This document shows positions 7,284-17,529 of a DNA stretch of 44,037 nucleotides, piece by piece; the first letter of the stretch is position 1, and every line of letters starts with the position of its first letter. The notes below the pieces were generated by a model, which had not been told where the DNA came from, did no database searches, and was given only the letters and a program-made list of their open reading frames with translations. The position numbers and the translations under genes are program-made. Origin of the DNA: a virus (lineage: Duplodnaviria > Caudoviricetes); the IMG/VR virus record IMGVR_UViG_3300044268_005809, positions 1-44,037 of that record. The stretch is one strand, 5' to 3'.

Positions 7284-8144
7284 TTAAATATAGAGCGAGA
7301 GTATAACTTTATAGTTCTTATATTGTTTTTTTAGTTTCATATAAGAGCTGGATAAAAGTTTTTCAAGTTGTTTGTTTGTTGCTGACATGCTTATGTGCTC
7401 AAAGCTACCATATGCGGAGTGCAATAGCCCTACCATCTGACCATATGCATTAATAATCGGACTCCCTGATGATCCACCTGATGCAGGAATGCTAAACATA
7501 TATGAGTGTTCTCCAGTAAATGGAGATTTTACATGACCCAAGAATCTTCCCTCAAGAAGTGGCACAACTTTTGGACCCCATATTCCTTTTGGAGCAGCAA
7601 TATTGTAATATTTTTCACCGATCATTGGCTCATGTTTTGAAACTTGTATCGCAGGCATTGATATCTTTCGAGTTACCATCATACAAAGATCTGATCCGTA
7701 ATCTAACTTTAAAATCACGCCTGTAAATGATTTACCGTTTAAATCTTTTAAGACAAAAAATGGACGCTCCATGAAATGCCAGTTTGGATCTTTTTCATTA
7801 AACCCTGGAACAAAATAGTTTATCTGTTTTCCAAACCTCATGGAACAAACGTGAGCACTTGTAGCGACAAGTGATATATCATTGTAATGACCCACAATAA
7901 CACCTGATGCAGTTGAAGACATCTCTAATCTATAGTCTTCAATAACTTTTTGTGGTGACGTAGAAGAAGTTCTAATGACTGCAATTTTGGTAAGTGTGTT
8001 TATTTTTACAAAAGATCTTCTTTTATTTCTAAAGAGATTTCCCTCTCCAAAAAAATGCGAAACGGTAACACAGGACGAACAAGCTGTGAATACAAACAGC
8101 ATGGTTAAAATCACTGAAAATCTTGCTACCGCATCTTTAATCAT
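7284..8144 (-). CDS. trypsin-like serine protease with N-terminal signal/lipoprotein-like anchor
   Basis: Catalytic triad motifs TSAHVC, SDLC, GGSSGSPI. Hydrophobic N-terminus ending FTACSSC. Confidence 0.85.
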   Translation of the reverse strand: MIKDAVARFSVILTMLFVFTACSSCVTVSHFFGEGNLFRNKRRSFVKINTLTKIAVIRTSSTSPQKVIEDYRLEMSSTASGVIVGHYNDISLVATSAHVCSMRFGKQINYFVPGFNEKDPNWHFMERPFFVLKDLNGKSFTGVILKLDYGSDLCMMVTRKISMPAIQVSKHEPMIGEKYYNIAAPKGIWGPKVVPLLEGRFLGHVKSPFTGEHSYMFSIPASGGSSGSPIINAYGQMVGLLHSAYGSFEHISMSATNKQLEKLLSSSYMKLKKQYKNYKVILSLYI

Positions 8145-8231
8145 AGGTTCGCCCTCTATATCTAACTACGGGGTGAAATATTAAAAGTCCAATCTATTTA
8201 CTAATGAATCAAATCATAACATAGGTGGTTT

Positions 8232-9554
8232 ATGGCAAAAAAAATATATGTACTTGATACCAGCGTGTATTTAACAGACTTTAGAGTCTTCTATTCTTAT
8301 GGAAATAATGACATCGCAATCCCTTTAATCGTATTAGAAGAGATTGACAGACACAAAAAACGACCCAATGGAGTTGGGATTAATGCAAGGCAGACTATTA
8401 GAATTTTAGATGGTCTTCGTGAAAAAGGATTACTTCATAAAGGTGTTAGAATAGAAAAAGGAAAAGGTATTGCTTTTTCAGTTTCTCCAAATTTAGATGA
8501 GTTGCCAATAGGGTATGATCCATCAATACCCGACCATCAAATTATTGCTTCTGCATTAACCTTAAAAAACGAAAACCCAAATAGAAAGGTTGTTTTAGTA
8601 AGTAATGACATCAACTTAAGAATAAAATGTGATGCAATTGGTGTTGCTGCTGAAGATTATTTACCTGAAAATGTCATTGAAAATGGAAACGAATTGTATT
8701 CTGGCTTTTCTGATATGCTTGTAGATGATCAAATAATTGATAGAATATATGAAGGAGAAGAGATATATTTAGACGACTTAACCGAGAATAAAGAATTATA
8801 TTCAAATCAATTTGTTATGATGGTTTCTTCGGCAAATGAAAAGAAAACCGCACTCACAAGATTTATTAATGAACATGAGCCATTTAAAAAAGTGAGAGAT
8901 CATAAAGCTGGGGAATCATGGGGAATTGGTCCAAAAAATAAAGAACAAAACTTTGCAATGGATCTTCTTTATGATAATGATATTCCTGTTGTATCTTTAA
9001 TTGGTAAAGCTGGCTCTGGTAAAACATTATGCGCTATTGCTTCTGGATTAGAGCAGGTTATTGGACAAGATCCAAAATATAATAGATTGATTGTTTCAAG
9101 ACCTGTTATGCCCATGGGTAAAGACATTGGATATCTTCCTGGAACAATGGAAGAGAAAATGGCTGTCTGGTTAGCTCCTGTGCAAGATAACTTAAGGTTT
9201 TTATTTGGAAATGATGATCTTATGCTGGAATCTTATATGGAAAAAAGGATCATCGAAGTAGAAGCTCTCACATATATTCGTGGTCGTAGTATTCAAAATG
9301 CTTTCATAATAATTGATGAATGTCAAAATTTAACACGTCATGAAGTCAAAACAATCTTGACTCGCGTTGGAGAAGGAAGTAAAATAATTTTAACAGGTGA
9401 TGTAGAACAAATCGACAATGTTAACCTGAACGAGAACTCTAACGGCTTGGCTTATGTTATTGAAAAACTTAAAGAGTTTGACATTTCAGGTCACATAACT
9501 TTCCTTAAGGGAGAAAGATCCAAAGTCGCAACGATATCAGCAAAAGTTTTATGA
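8232..9554 (+). CDS. phoH: PIN-domain PhoH-family ATPase (PhoH2/YlaK-like)
   Basis: YVLDTSV...SNDINLRIK PIN domain. GKAGSGKT Walker A, IGYLPG, YIRGRS, IIDECQN, LTGDVEQID. Confidence 0.93.
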   Translation: MAKKIYVLDTSVYLTDFRVFYSYGNNDIAIPLIVLEEIDRHKKRPNGVGINARQTIRILDGLREKGLLHKGVRIEKGKGIAFSVSPNLDELPIGYDPSIPDHQIIASALTLKNENPNRKVVLVSNDINLRIKCDAIGVAAEDYLPENVIENGNELYSGFSDMLVDDQIIDRIYEGEEIYLDDLTENKELYSNQFVMMVSSANEKKTALTRFINEHEPFKKVRDHKAGESWGIGPKNKEQNFAMDLLYDNDIPVVSLIGKAGSGKTLCAIASGLEQVIGQDPKYNRLIVSRPVMPMGKDIGYLPGTMEEKMAVWLAPVQDNLRFLFGNDDLMLESYMEKRIIEVEALTYIRGRSIQNAFIIIDECQNLTRHEVKTILTRVGEGSKIILTGDVEQIDNVNLNENSNGLAYVIEKLKEFDISGHITFLKGERSKVATISAKVL

Positions 9555-9614
9555 TCAAATTTTTTCCTTGATTTGATCGCAAAAATGTGATATTAATATT
9601 ATTATATTATTGAT

Positions 9615-10307
9615 ATGATAGATTATATTAAAGAATCTAACAAAAAAGCACAAGACAGAAATGAATATATGTTATTCAATGTGCCTGTATATGTTATAAA
9701 TAAATTTCCTTCTAATATAAAGATTAATAACATATTAGATTCTGTTAAAGATATTATAAATAAAAAATATTTAGATGGATTAGAAACAATATATATTGGT
9801 GATTTTAAAGATCTAAATAGAAGAGATATTCAATCAATGTTAAAAGATGATGCTATATGGATCTCTTCTAATAATGTAAAAAATGTAATTACTGAACCTC
9901 TTGTAGTTGAAAACATTATTCATGAGATAGCTCATCTTTTAGAAGAAAAATATCAATCACAAATTTATGGTGATGGAAAATTAGAAAGAGAATATAATTC
10001 TAAAAAAAATAGGTTATTTCACCTTTTAAAAAATGAAGGATATGATATTGATTTAGAATTATTTTTCTCTGATGATATGTTAAAAGAGTTTGATAATTTT
10101 TTATATAAAGTTGTTGGATATGATAAAATATCTTTATTGACTGCTGGATTGTTTCTTTCTCCTTATTCGATAACAACAATAAGAGAATATTTTGCATCTG
10201 GCATGTTGGATTATTTAACTAATGATAATAGTTATATAGATGAAATATCGCCAGTTTTATATTCTAAAATTAAACAGATTGAGGAGAAATTAAGTAATGA
10301 ATATTAA
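9615..10307 (+). CDS. HExxH zincin-like protein
   Basis: IIHEIAHLLE with downstream SPYS...REYFA third-ligand motif. Confidence 0.65.
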   Translation: MIDYIKESNKKAQDRNEYMLFNVPVYVINKFPSNIKINNILDSVKDIINKKYLDGLETIYIGDFKDLNRRDIQSMLKDDAIWISSNNVKNVITEPLVVENIIHEIAHLLEEKYQSQIYGDGKLEREYNSKKNRLFHLLKNEGYDIDLELFFSDDMLKEFDNFLYKVVGYDKISLLTAGLFLSPYSITTIREYFASGMLDYLTNDNSYIDEISPVLYSKIKQIEEKLSNEY

Positions 10308-10641
10308 TCTTGAAAATGACGGAGACAAAATAATTGTAAAAGTTACTTTATCTCCTTATAGAAACAAAAGAAGGGAACCAACAATTTTAAGAGAAGTATT
10401 TGATTGTAGTGCCGCATATAAAGTTTTAAAAGAAAAAGGATATACAGGATATACCCTTCATAAAGAAACATCAGTTCAGAGACTAGATAATAAATTCACT
10501 TCTACATCTGGAATATTTGTTTTTACTAAAGAAAAAAAGCAAATTATCAAAAAGAAACAATCAAAAAAAATAAATAACTATAACCTTGACAAGCAAGAAA
10601 AAGATGTGATAGAATCAACCGAAAATACGGTTGAAAAATGA
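10297..10641 (+). CDS. hypothetical protein
   Basis: GAGGAG RBS upstream. Overlaps both neighbours in operon fashion. Confidence 0.6.
   Translation: MNINLENDGDKIIVKVTLSPYRNKRREPTILREVFDCSAAYKVLKEKGYTGYTLHKETSVQRLDNKFTSTSGIFVFTKEKKQIIKKKQSKKINNYNLDKQEKDVIESTENTVEK
10586..10615 (+). promoter_or_regulatory. sigma70-type promoter (TTGACA-18-TAGAAT, extended -10) upstream of the nuclease and glycosylation island
   Basis: TTGACA 10586-10591, TG 10607-10608, TAGAAT 10610-10615. ATG follows at 10638. Confidence 0.65.
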
Positions 10642-11399
10642 CTCATATATCATATAGCGAATTCAAAAACTGGGATTTCTGCCCTTTTTATCACAAACTA
10701 ACTTACATAGACAAAATAAAGATCTTTGAAGGCAATGAATATACTGCCTTTGGGACTTCTTTACATTTGGTCTGTGAAGAGTTAACTAAAGATAAAACAG
10801 TTGACTATAAAAAAATTTTTTTAGAATCTTTTTCAGAAGAGATTAATAAGATCCAAGTCCAAGATAGCAGACAAAAGATGGTTGAAGAAATGAAGGAGCA
10901 GGGAGTAAATCTTGCTTCTATGGTCATTGAATCTTTGGATGCTACATTTCCTGGTTGGTCTCTTGTTTCTTGCGAAGAACAGCTATATGAAAAAATAGAA
11001 GATGAAATTGACTGCAACTTTAAAGGATATGTTGATCTTGTCGTAAAAACTCCAGACGACAAATATCATATCATCGATTGGAAGTCGTGCTCTTGGGGTT
11101 GGGATATCAAAAAGAAAACTGACAAGATTATTACTTATCAGCTAACTTACTACAAAAACTTTTTTTCTAAAAAACACAACATTGATCCAAAAAAGATAGA
11201 AACTTATTTTGGTCTCCTTAAGCGTACTGCTAAAAAGAATCACGTTGAAATCTTTAGAGTTTCTTCAGGTGAGAAAAAAATAAAAAATGCCTTAAATATT
11301 TTAAACAAAGCGGTATATAATATCCATAAAGGAAATCATCCTAAAAATAAGTTAAATTGTGGCAAATGTGAATTTCGTGGAACGGAACATTGCCCATGA
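10638..11399 (+). CDS. PD-(D/E)XK exonuclease, Cas4/AddB-like with 4-Cys Fe-S staple
   Basis: HISYS..FCP, FGTSLH, GYVDLV, IIDWKS, QLTYY, C-terminal CGKCEF....CP. Confidence 0.88.
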   Translation: MTHISYSEFKNWDFCPFYHKLTYIDKIKIFEGNEYTAFGTSLHLVCEELTKDKTVDYKKIFLESFSEEINKIQVQDSRQKMVEEMKEQGVNLASMVIESLDATFPGWSLVSCEEQLYEKIEDEIDCNFKGYVDLVVKTPDDKYHIIDWKSCSWGWDIKKKTDKIITYQLTYYKNFFSKKHNIDPKKIETYFGLLKRTAKKNHVEIFRVSSGEKKIKNALNILNKAVYNIHKGNHPKNKLNCGKCEFRGTEHCP

Positions 11400-11406
11400 G
11401 GAATAA

Positions 11407-12738
11407 ATGGATAAAAAGATTAAGATTCTTACATTATCAGATCACCCGCTATCACCATCCGGTGTAGGAACACAAACAAAATATTTTATTACTGGTCTGC
11501 TCAACACAGGAAAGTTTCAGGTTTATAGCTTGGGCGGAGCAATTAAACACGCAGACTATAATATAATCAAAACAGAAGAATTTAAAGACGATTGGATTAT
11601 ACAACCAGTAGATGGATATGGAAATCAAGATATGGTTCGCTCTATTTTGAGAAATTGGAAACCAGATGTCTTATGGTTTATGACCGACCCAAGATTTTAT
11701 GGCTGGCTGTGGGAAATTGAAAACGAAATTCGTTCACTTGTTCCAATGGTTTATTATCATGTTTGGGATAATTTTCCGTATCCTGATTTTAATAAAGTCT
11801 GGTATGATTCTAATGATTATATTGCATCTATTTCAAAACTGACCTCTAATATTGTTAGAACCGTATCTCCAACAGTTAATGAGGCTTATGTTCCTCATGC
11901 AGTGCCAACAGATATCTTTAACACTATAGATAAAAGTACAGTAAACAATTTTAGAAAACAACAACTGAAAATTGATGATGATAACTTTTTTATTTTTTGG
12001 ACAAACAGAAACGCAAGAAGAAAACAAAGTGGTTCTTTAATGTTTTGGTTTAAGCAATTTCTTGATAAGCTTGAGGAAAAATATGGACACAGAAACTCCA
12101 CTTTATTAATGCACACCGAGCCAAATGATCCAAATGGTCAAGATTTATATGCTATTGCCAACAAATTAAATTTGGCTCCTAATAAAAATATACTTTTTTC
12201 AAAAGATAAGATTAGCCCACAAGATTTAGCAATGCTCTATAACGCAGCTGACACCTGTATTACAGTTTCTGATGCAGAGGGTTTTGGTCTTTATACATTT
12301 GAATCTATGGCTTGCGGAACCCCAATTATTACAACAATGACCGGGGGTCTTCAAGAGCAAGTATCTAATATTGATGAGGTTTCTCATGAAGCTATTGTGA
12401 AGAGAAATGATGAGTTTAAAGGAAAAATCATAGAAACTGAAAGAGGAATTGGACTAGAACCTGCCTCAAAAGCGATTATTGGTTCTCAACAAGTTCCATA
12501 TATCTATGAAGATAGGGTTTCTGATGAACAGGTAGTAAACTCATTGATGAAAATGTATGAGTATGGAAAAGAAAAGAGAGAAGAGCTTGGAGCGAATGGT
12601 AGGGAATATGTTTTAGAAAATTATTCTTTTGACCTTTACATTAAAAGATGGGAAGAGATTATGACTGAAGTCCATGAAAAGTTTGGTTCATGGGACACTA
12701 GAAAAGGATACAATTCTTGGGAGATGACAGAAGTATGA
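11407..12738 (+). CDS. GT-B (GT4-like) glycosyltransferase
   Basis: SGVGTQTK, NRNARRKQ, LYNAAD....AEGFGLYTFESMACGTPII. Confidence 0.9.
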   Translation: MDKKIKILTLSDHPLSPSGVGTQTKYFITGLLNTGKFQVYSLGGAIKHADYNIIKTEEFKDDWIIQPVDGYGNQDMVRSILRNWKPDVLWFMTDPRFYGWLWEIENEIRSLVPMVYYHVWDNFPYPDFNKVWYDSNDYIASISKLTSNIVRTVSPTVNEAYVPHAVPTDIFNTIDKSTVNNFRKQQLKIDDDNFFIFWTNRNARRKQSGSLMFWFKQFLDKLEEKYGHRNSTLLMHTEPNDPNGQDLYAIANKLNLAPNKNILFSKDKISPQDLAMLYNAADTCITVSDAEGFGLYTFESMACGTPIITTMTGGLQEQVSNIDEVSHEAIVKRNDEFKGKIIETERGIGLEPASKAIIGSQQVPYIYEDRVSDEQVVNSLMKMYEYGKEKREELGANGREYVLENYSFDLYIKRWEEIMTEVHEKFGSWDTRKGYNSWEMTEV

Positions 12739-13991
12739 AAAAGATTTTAGTAAGAGGACCAGCTCTTTCACAAAGCGGATACGGAGAACACACGAGGTTT
12801 CTTTTAAGGTCTTTAAGAAGCCAAGAATCATATTTTGATATATATCTTATCAATATTAATTGGGGAAGCACTTCTTGGATCTGGAAAGATGATGAAGAAA
12901 GAGCTTGGATTGATTCTTTGTTAGCGAAAACAATCCCCTACGCACAATCAGGAGGTCAATTTGATATTTCTGCCCAAGTCACAATTCCTGGCGAATGGGA
13001 AAAATTAGCTCCAGTTAATATCGGTGTAACTGCCGGAATTGAAACAACAAAAATCTCACCACAATGGGTTGAAAAATCTCTACTCATGGATAAGATTGTA
13101 GTTGTTTCAGAGCATTCTAAATACGGTTTTGACAATACTGAATATGAAGCAGTTGTAAATAACACTGGTCAAAAATTTATGGCTAGAACAACATGTCCGG
13201 TTGAAGTTGTAAATTTTCCTGTAAAAAATATTAAACCTAAAAAATTAAAACTAGACTTGAAGCATGATTTTAATTTTCTTACAGTTGCAACTTGGATTCC
13301 ACGTAAAAATCTAGAAAATACAATTAAATGGTTTGTAGAGCAATTTAAGGATGAAGAAGTTGGTTTAGTTGTTAAGACATCATTGGCAAAAAACTCAATA
13401 AGAGATAGAGAGGCTGCAAAAAATAGATTGAAACAATTGCTTTCTCCATATGAGGATAGAAAATGCAGCGTCCATTTATTGCATGGAGATATGTCAGAAG
13501 AAGAAATGTCTGGATTATATAACCATTCAAAGATTAAGTGCCTGGTTAACATTGCTCATGGAGAAGGCTTTGGTTTACCTATGTTTGAGGCTGCTTATAA
13601 TGGTTTGCCTGTTTTGTCTACAAACTGGGGTGGACAGCTTGACTTTTTATATATGCCCGTTAAACAAAAGAATGGTAAGCCAAAGTTAAAAGCCATGTTT
13701 GAAACTGTTTCTTTTGATATAAGACAAGTTCAAAAAGAAGCCGTATGGGATACTGTAATTCAGCCAGATAGCCATTGGGCATTTGCAAGAGAGTGGGATT
13801 ACAAAAAATCATTAAAGTCAGTTGTAAACAATTATAAGACAGTAAAAGCTCGCTCTACTAAATTAAAGAAATATGTTAACGAAGTATTTTCTGAAGAAAA
13901 TCAAATGAAGAAGTTTGTAAAAGTTATTGCTGGTCACGATATAGAGCAATTTGAATCTGATGTTGATGAGCTTCTTGAAGGCTTGCTATGA
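12735..13991 (+). CDS. GT-B (GT4-like) glycosyltransferase
   Basis: SGYGEHTR, PRKNL, HGEGFGLPMFEAAYNGLPV. ATG 12735 overlaps the upstream stop. Confidence 0.9.
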   Translation: MKKILVRGPALSQSGYGEHTRFLLRSLRSQESYFDIYLININWGSTSWIWKDDEERAWIDSLLAKTIPYAQSGGQFDISAQVTIPGEWEKLAPVNIGVTAGIETTKISPQWVEKSLLMDKIVVVSEHSKYGFDNTEYEAVVNNTGQKFMARTTCPVEVVNFPVKNIKPKKLKLDLKHDFNFLTVATWIPRKNLENTIKWFVEQFKDEEVGLVVKTSLAKNSIRDREAAKNRLKQLLSPYEDRKCSVHLLHGDMSEEEMSGLYNHSKIKCLVNIAHGEGFGLPMFEAAYNGLPVLSTNWGGQLDFLYMPVKQKNGKPKLKAMFETVSFDIRQVQKEAVWDTVIQPDSHWAFAREWDYKKSLKSVVNNYKTVKARSTKLKKYVNEVFSEENQMKKFVKVIAGHDIEQFESDVDELLEGLL

Positions 13992-14839
13992 GTTCCTATG
14001 TTTTTGTTTCTGACCTATTTTCTGAAGATTATGTCGGTGGAGCAGAACTTACAACAGATGCAATAATAAAAAAATTTTCAAATCAAAGCGACATTATCAA
14101 AATTAAATCACATGAGGTTACATTAAATAAAATTGATGAACTTAAAGATCATCATTGGATTATTTGTAATTTTAGTAATTTAAGTGAAAGTAATAAGCTA
14201 AACATTTGTAAAAATATTCAATATTCTATTATCGAATATGATTATAAATTTTGTAAGTATCGCTCTATTGAACTTCACAAAATTAAAGAAGGTATAGAGT
14301 GCAATTGCAAGGATTTACCTTCTAACAAAATAAATTTAGCTTTTTATGGTCTTGCAAAAAAAATTTGGTTTATGAGTAATACTCAAAGAGAGATATTTTT
14401 CAAAAATGTAAAAACTATAAAACAGGAGAAGACAGAAGTCTTAAGTTCAGTTTTTTCAGATGGAGATTTAAGATTTATTAACTCTATTAAAGACAACGAG
14501 AAAGACGATAAATACTTGATAGTTAAGTCAAACTCTTGGGTCAAAGGATTTGATTCTTGTTTGAATTATGCAAAAGAAAATAATTTAAAATATGAAGTAG
14601 TTCAAAAATTACCATATCACGAGCTTTTGATAAAACTTTCAACTTCAAAAGGACTTATATTTTTGCCAGATGGTGCTGATACGTGCCCGCGCCTTGTTAT
14701 TGAAGCAAAGTTGTTGGGCTGTGAGTTAATTTTAAATGACCTGGTTCAACATAAAAATGAGGATTGGTTTTCAGATAATCAAGCCTGTTTGGAATATATG
14801 AACAACAGAGCTTCTAATTTCTGGAGTTATTATGAATAA
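13988..14839 (+). CDS. GT-B-like glycosyltransferase (divergent)
   Basis: VGGAELT N-terminus, WVKG, DTCPRLVIEAKLLGC. Confidence 0.75.
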   Translation: MSSYVFVSDLFSEDYVGGAELTTDAIIKKFSNQSDIIKIKSHEVTLNKIDELKDHHWIICNFSNLSESNKLNICKNIQYSIIEYDYKFCKYRSIELHKIKEGIECNCKDLPSNKINLAFYGLAKKIWFMSNTQREIFFKNVKTIKQEKTEVLSSVFSDGDLRFINSIKDNEKDDKYLIVKSNSWVKGFDSCLNYAKENNLKYEVVQKLPYHELLIKLSTSKGLIFLPDGADTCPRLVIEAKLLGCELILNDLVQHKNEDWFSDNQACLEYMNNRASNFWSYYE

Positions 14840-15533
14840 TAAAGAGACTATAATTGTTATGGGTAATGGACCATCATTAGCTGATGTTGATTTTAAAACT
14901 TTAAAAGGTTTTGATACTTTTGGCTTAAATTCGGCTTATCGAGCATATGATAGACTAGATTGGTATCCAACATATCATGGATGTTTCGATTATCGAGTAA
15001 CTGAAAGTCATAAGTCTAATTTTATTAAGCTTGTAGAAAGCGGAAAAATCAAAAAAGGATTTTATATCTCCCCTATAACTGATTCCCCTAACATGCAACA
15101 TGTTAATTTGCAACCATTTGGTAAAATAAGCCGTTGGAACTCTAAAAAAGAAGACTTTTCTTCTTTTAGTGATAATGGAAATTCAGGTGCTAATGCATGT
15201 TCTGTAGCAGTTTGTTTGGGATATAAAAAAATAATTCTTCTTGGTGTTGATTGCAATTATGTGGAATTTGTTGATGGATGCAAAAAAGATGGACCAGGTG
15301 GATTGGTTATGGAAAAAACCCCAGATAAAAACCCTAATTATTGGTTTGACGATTATCAACAAAAGGGCGATGAATATAATGTTCCTGCTGGATTATCTTT
15401 TCACATGCCAACGTGGAACATGTTTGCTTATAAGGCAGCCCAAGCAGATATTGAGGTAGTTAATTGTAGTCCAATTTCTAATTTAAAATGTTTCAGAAAG
15501 TCTATATTACAGGAGGAAATTTCTTGTGATTAA
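14832..15533 (+). CDS. DUF115/Maf-like (sialyltransferase-related fold) protein
   Basis: IVMGNGPSL, FGLN, NSG...LGYKKIILLGVDC, VVNCS. Confidence 0.7.
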   Translation: MNNKETIIVMGNGPSLADVDFKTLKGFDTFGLNSAYRAYDRLDWYPTYHGCFDYRVTESHKSNFIKLVESGKIKKGFYISPITDSPNMQHVNLQPFGKISRWNSKKEDFSSFSDNGNSGANACSVAVCLGYKKIILLGVDCNYVEFVDGCKKDGPGGLVMEKTPDKNPNYWFDDYQQKGDEYNVPAGLSFHMPTWNMFAYKAAQADIEVVNCSPISNLKCFRKSILQEEISCD

Positions 15534-15948
15534 TAAGATATATTCACAGGTGAACAAAAATATATTACTTCATATAATTGTTAGAAACAGTAGAGAAGAG
15601 CAAAGAGTTGATGTGTGCCCGGACACTGAATATCTTCAATTAGCCTGCCTTAACATGAATAAAGGTAAGACTTTCCGACCTCATAAACATATATGGAAAA
15701 AAGGTGAACCTCAAGTAATTGCACAAGAGTCTTGGGTTGTTTTAGATGGAAAAGTAAAAGTATTTTTGTATGATATAGATGATCAAATAGTTCATGTTGA
15801 CTATCTGGAAAAAGGAGACGCCTCAATCACATTTCAAGGAGGTCACAATTATAAAATTTTGGAAGACAATACGCAAGTTTATGAATATAAAACAGGACCT
15901 TACTATGGTCAAGTTCTAGACAAGGAGTTTATTGAAGATGAAGATTAA
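15526..15948 (+). CDS. cupin-fold sugar-modifying protein (WbuC-like)
   Basis: PHKH...QESWVVLDG...GGHNY...YEYKTGPY cupin metal ligands. Confidence 0.75.
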   Translation: MINKIYSQVNKNILLHIIVRNSREEQRVDVCPDTEYLQLACLNMNKGKTFRPHKHIWKKGEPQVIAQESWVVLDGKVKVFLYDIDDQIVHVDYLEKGDASITFQGGHNYKILEDNTQVYEYKTGPYYGQVLDKEFIEDED

Positions 15949-15949
15949 C

Positions 15950-16558
15950 ATGGGTTATGAAATGAGCTTTGATGTTGTTGAAAAGTTTGAAAATGAAATA
16001 GCATCTTTCTTTGGCTCACCCTACGCAGTTGCTGTTGATTGTTGTACGCATGGCATAGAATTAAGTTTAGCCTATACAAAAGCTAAAAAAATATTTGTCC
16101 CTAAAAGAACTTACATATCTATTCCTTTTTTGTCAAAAAAAATGAATTTAGAAATGGAATGGAAAGATGAAAGTTGGCAAGATTACTATTATTTGACGAA
16201 TAAAGTAATAGATGCAGCTGTCTTATGGCAAAAAAATTCTTATATTAAGGGAACCTTGATGAGCGTTAGTTTCCAATTCAGAAAACATTTAAGCTTGGGC
16301 AGGGGTGGCATTATTTTAACCGATAGTGAAGACACATTTTTAAGTTTAAAAAAGATGTCATATGATGGTAGAATACCAAATGTACCTTGGAGAGAACAAG
16401 ATATAGAAACATTCGGCTATCATTATTACATGACACCAGAAACTGCTCAATTGGGTTTAGATAAACTACCAAAAGCAATTACATCAGAGCCAAGAAAGTG
16501 GATGATAAATGACTGGCCAGATTTAACCAATATGAAAATATTTAAGGGGAATTTTTAA
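15950..16558 (+). CDS. short DegT/DnrJ/EryC1/StrS-family PLP aminotransferase
   Basis: FENEIA...YAVAVDCCTHGI, IDAA, SFQFRKHL..GRGGIILT, GYHYYMT. Start at ATG 15950 or 15962. Confidence 0.8.
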   Translation: MGYEMSFDVVEKFENEIASFFGSPYAVAVDCCTHGIELSLAYTKAKKIFVPKRTYISIPFLSKKMNLEMEWKDESWQDYYYLTNKVIDAAVLWQKNSYIKGTLMSVSFQFRKHLSLGRGGIILTDSEDTFLSLKKMSYDGRIPNVPWREQDIETFGYHYYMTPETAQLGLDKLPKAITSEPRKWMINDWPDLTNMKIFKGNF

Positions 16559-17529
16559 TGAAAAAAGCGCTTATTACTGGTATTGCCGGTCAGGATGGCA
16601 GCTATCTAACTGAACTTTTGACCTCAAAAGGGTATGAGGTACATGGTATTGTACGACGACATTCTGTGGCAGAAAACCAAAATTACAGGCTTGATAAGCT
16701 TAATAATTTAGATAACGTAAAAACACATTATGGAGATTTACTAGACTATCCTTCACTTGTAAAAATAGTTTCCGAAGTTCAACCAGATGAAATCTATAAT
16801 CTTGGTGCAATGAGCCATGTTCGCATCAGCTTTGACATGCCCTCCTTTACAATCCAGACAAACGCTCTTGGTGTTCTTCATATGTTAGAAGTTTATCGAA
16901 CTATTTGCCCTTCGTCTAAATTCTATCAAGCTAGTTCATCTGAAATGTTTGGAAACTCTGTAGACGATGATGGTATTCAAAGATTAACAACTCCAATGAA
17001 TCCAGTTAGTCCTTACGGATGTGCAAAGGTAATGGGATACAACTTGGTTCGACATTATCGTCATGCATATAAGCTTCATGCCTGTAATGGAATTTTGTTT
17101 AATCATGAGTCTCCACGAAGAGGTTCAAATTTTGTAACAAATAAGGTTGTAAAAGGAGCTGTAGCAATCAAAAAGGGTCTTCAAGAAAAATTAGAACTTG
17201 GAAATATGGACTCTTATAGAGACTGGGGTCACTCTAAAGACTATGTTCGTGCAATGCACATGATTCTTAATCATGATGTAGCAGATGAATTTATAGTTGC
17301 AACTGGAGAAACACACTCTGTTAGAGATTTATGTGAGGTAGTTTTTAGCAAGTTGGGAATGAATTACGAAGATTACATTGTTCAAAATCCAAAATATATG
17401 AGACCTGAAGAGTTAAAATACCTAAAGGGAGACTCTTCTAAAGCTCGTGAAATATTGGGATGGACACCTGAATACACATTTGAATCTATGCTTGAAGAAA
17501 TGATTGAAAGATGGGAAAAAGAATTATGA
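16558..17529 (+). CDS. gmd: GDP-mannose 4,6-dehydratase
   Basis: ITGIAGQDGSYL, PDEIYNLGAMSHV, YQASSSEMFG, SPYGCAK, GILFNHESPRRG, RDWGH. Confidence 0.96.
   Translation: MKKALITGIAGQDGSYLTELLTSKGYEVHGIVRRHSVAENQNYRLDKLNNLDNVKTHYGDLLDYPSLVKIVSEVQPDEIYNLGAMSHVRISFDMPSFTIQTNALGVLHMLEVYRTICPSSKFYQASSSEMFGNSVDDDGIQRLTTPMNPVSPYGCAKVMGYNLVRHYRHAYKLHACNGILFNHESPRRGSNFVTNKVVKGAVAIKKGLQEKLELGNMDSYRDWGHSKDYVRAMHMILNHDVADEFIVATGETHSVRDLCEVVFSKLGMNYEDYIVQNPKYMRPEELKYLKGDSSKAREILGWTPEYTFESMLEEMIERWEKEL

Noticed and set aside
9568-9597. sigma70 promoter upstream of 9615
   Set aside because: TTGATT/TTGATC and -10-like words are present, but the match is ambiguous in very AT-rich sequence.
10638-11399. Cas4-like gene as part of a CRISPR-Cas system
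   Set aside because: No repeat-spacer array or other cas genes seen. Stand-alone Cas4-like nucleases are common in phages.
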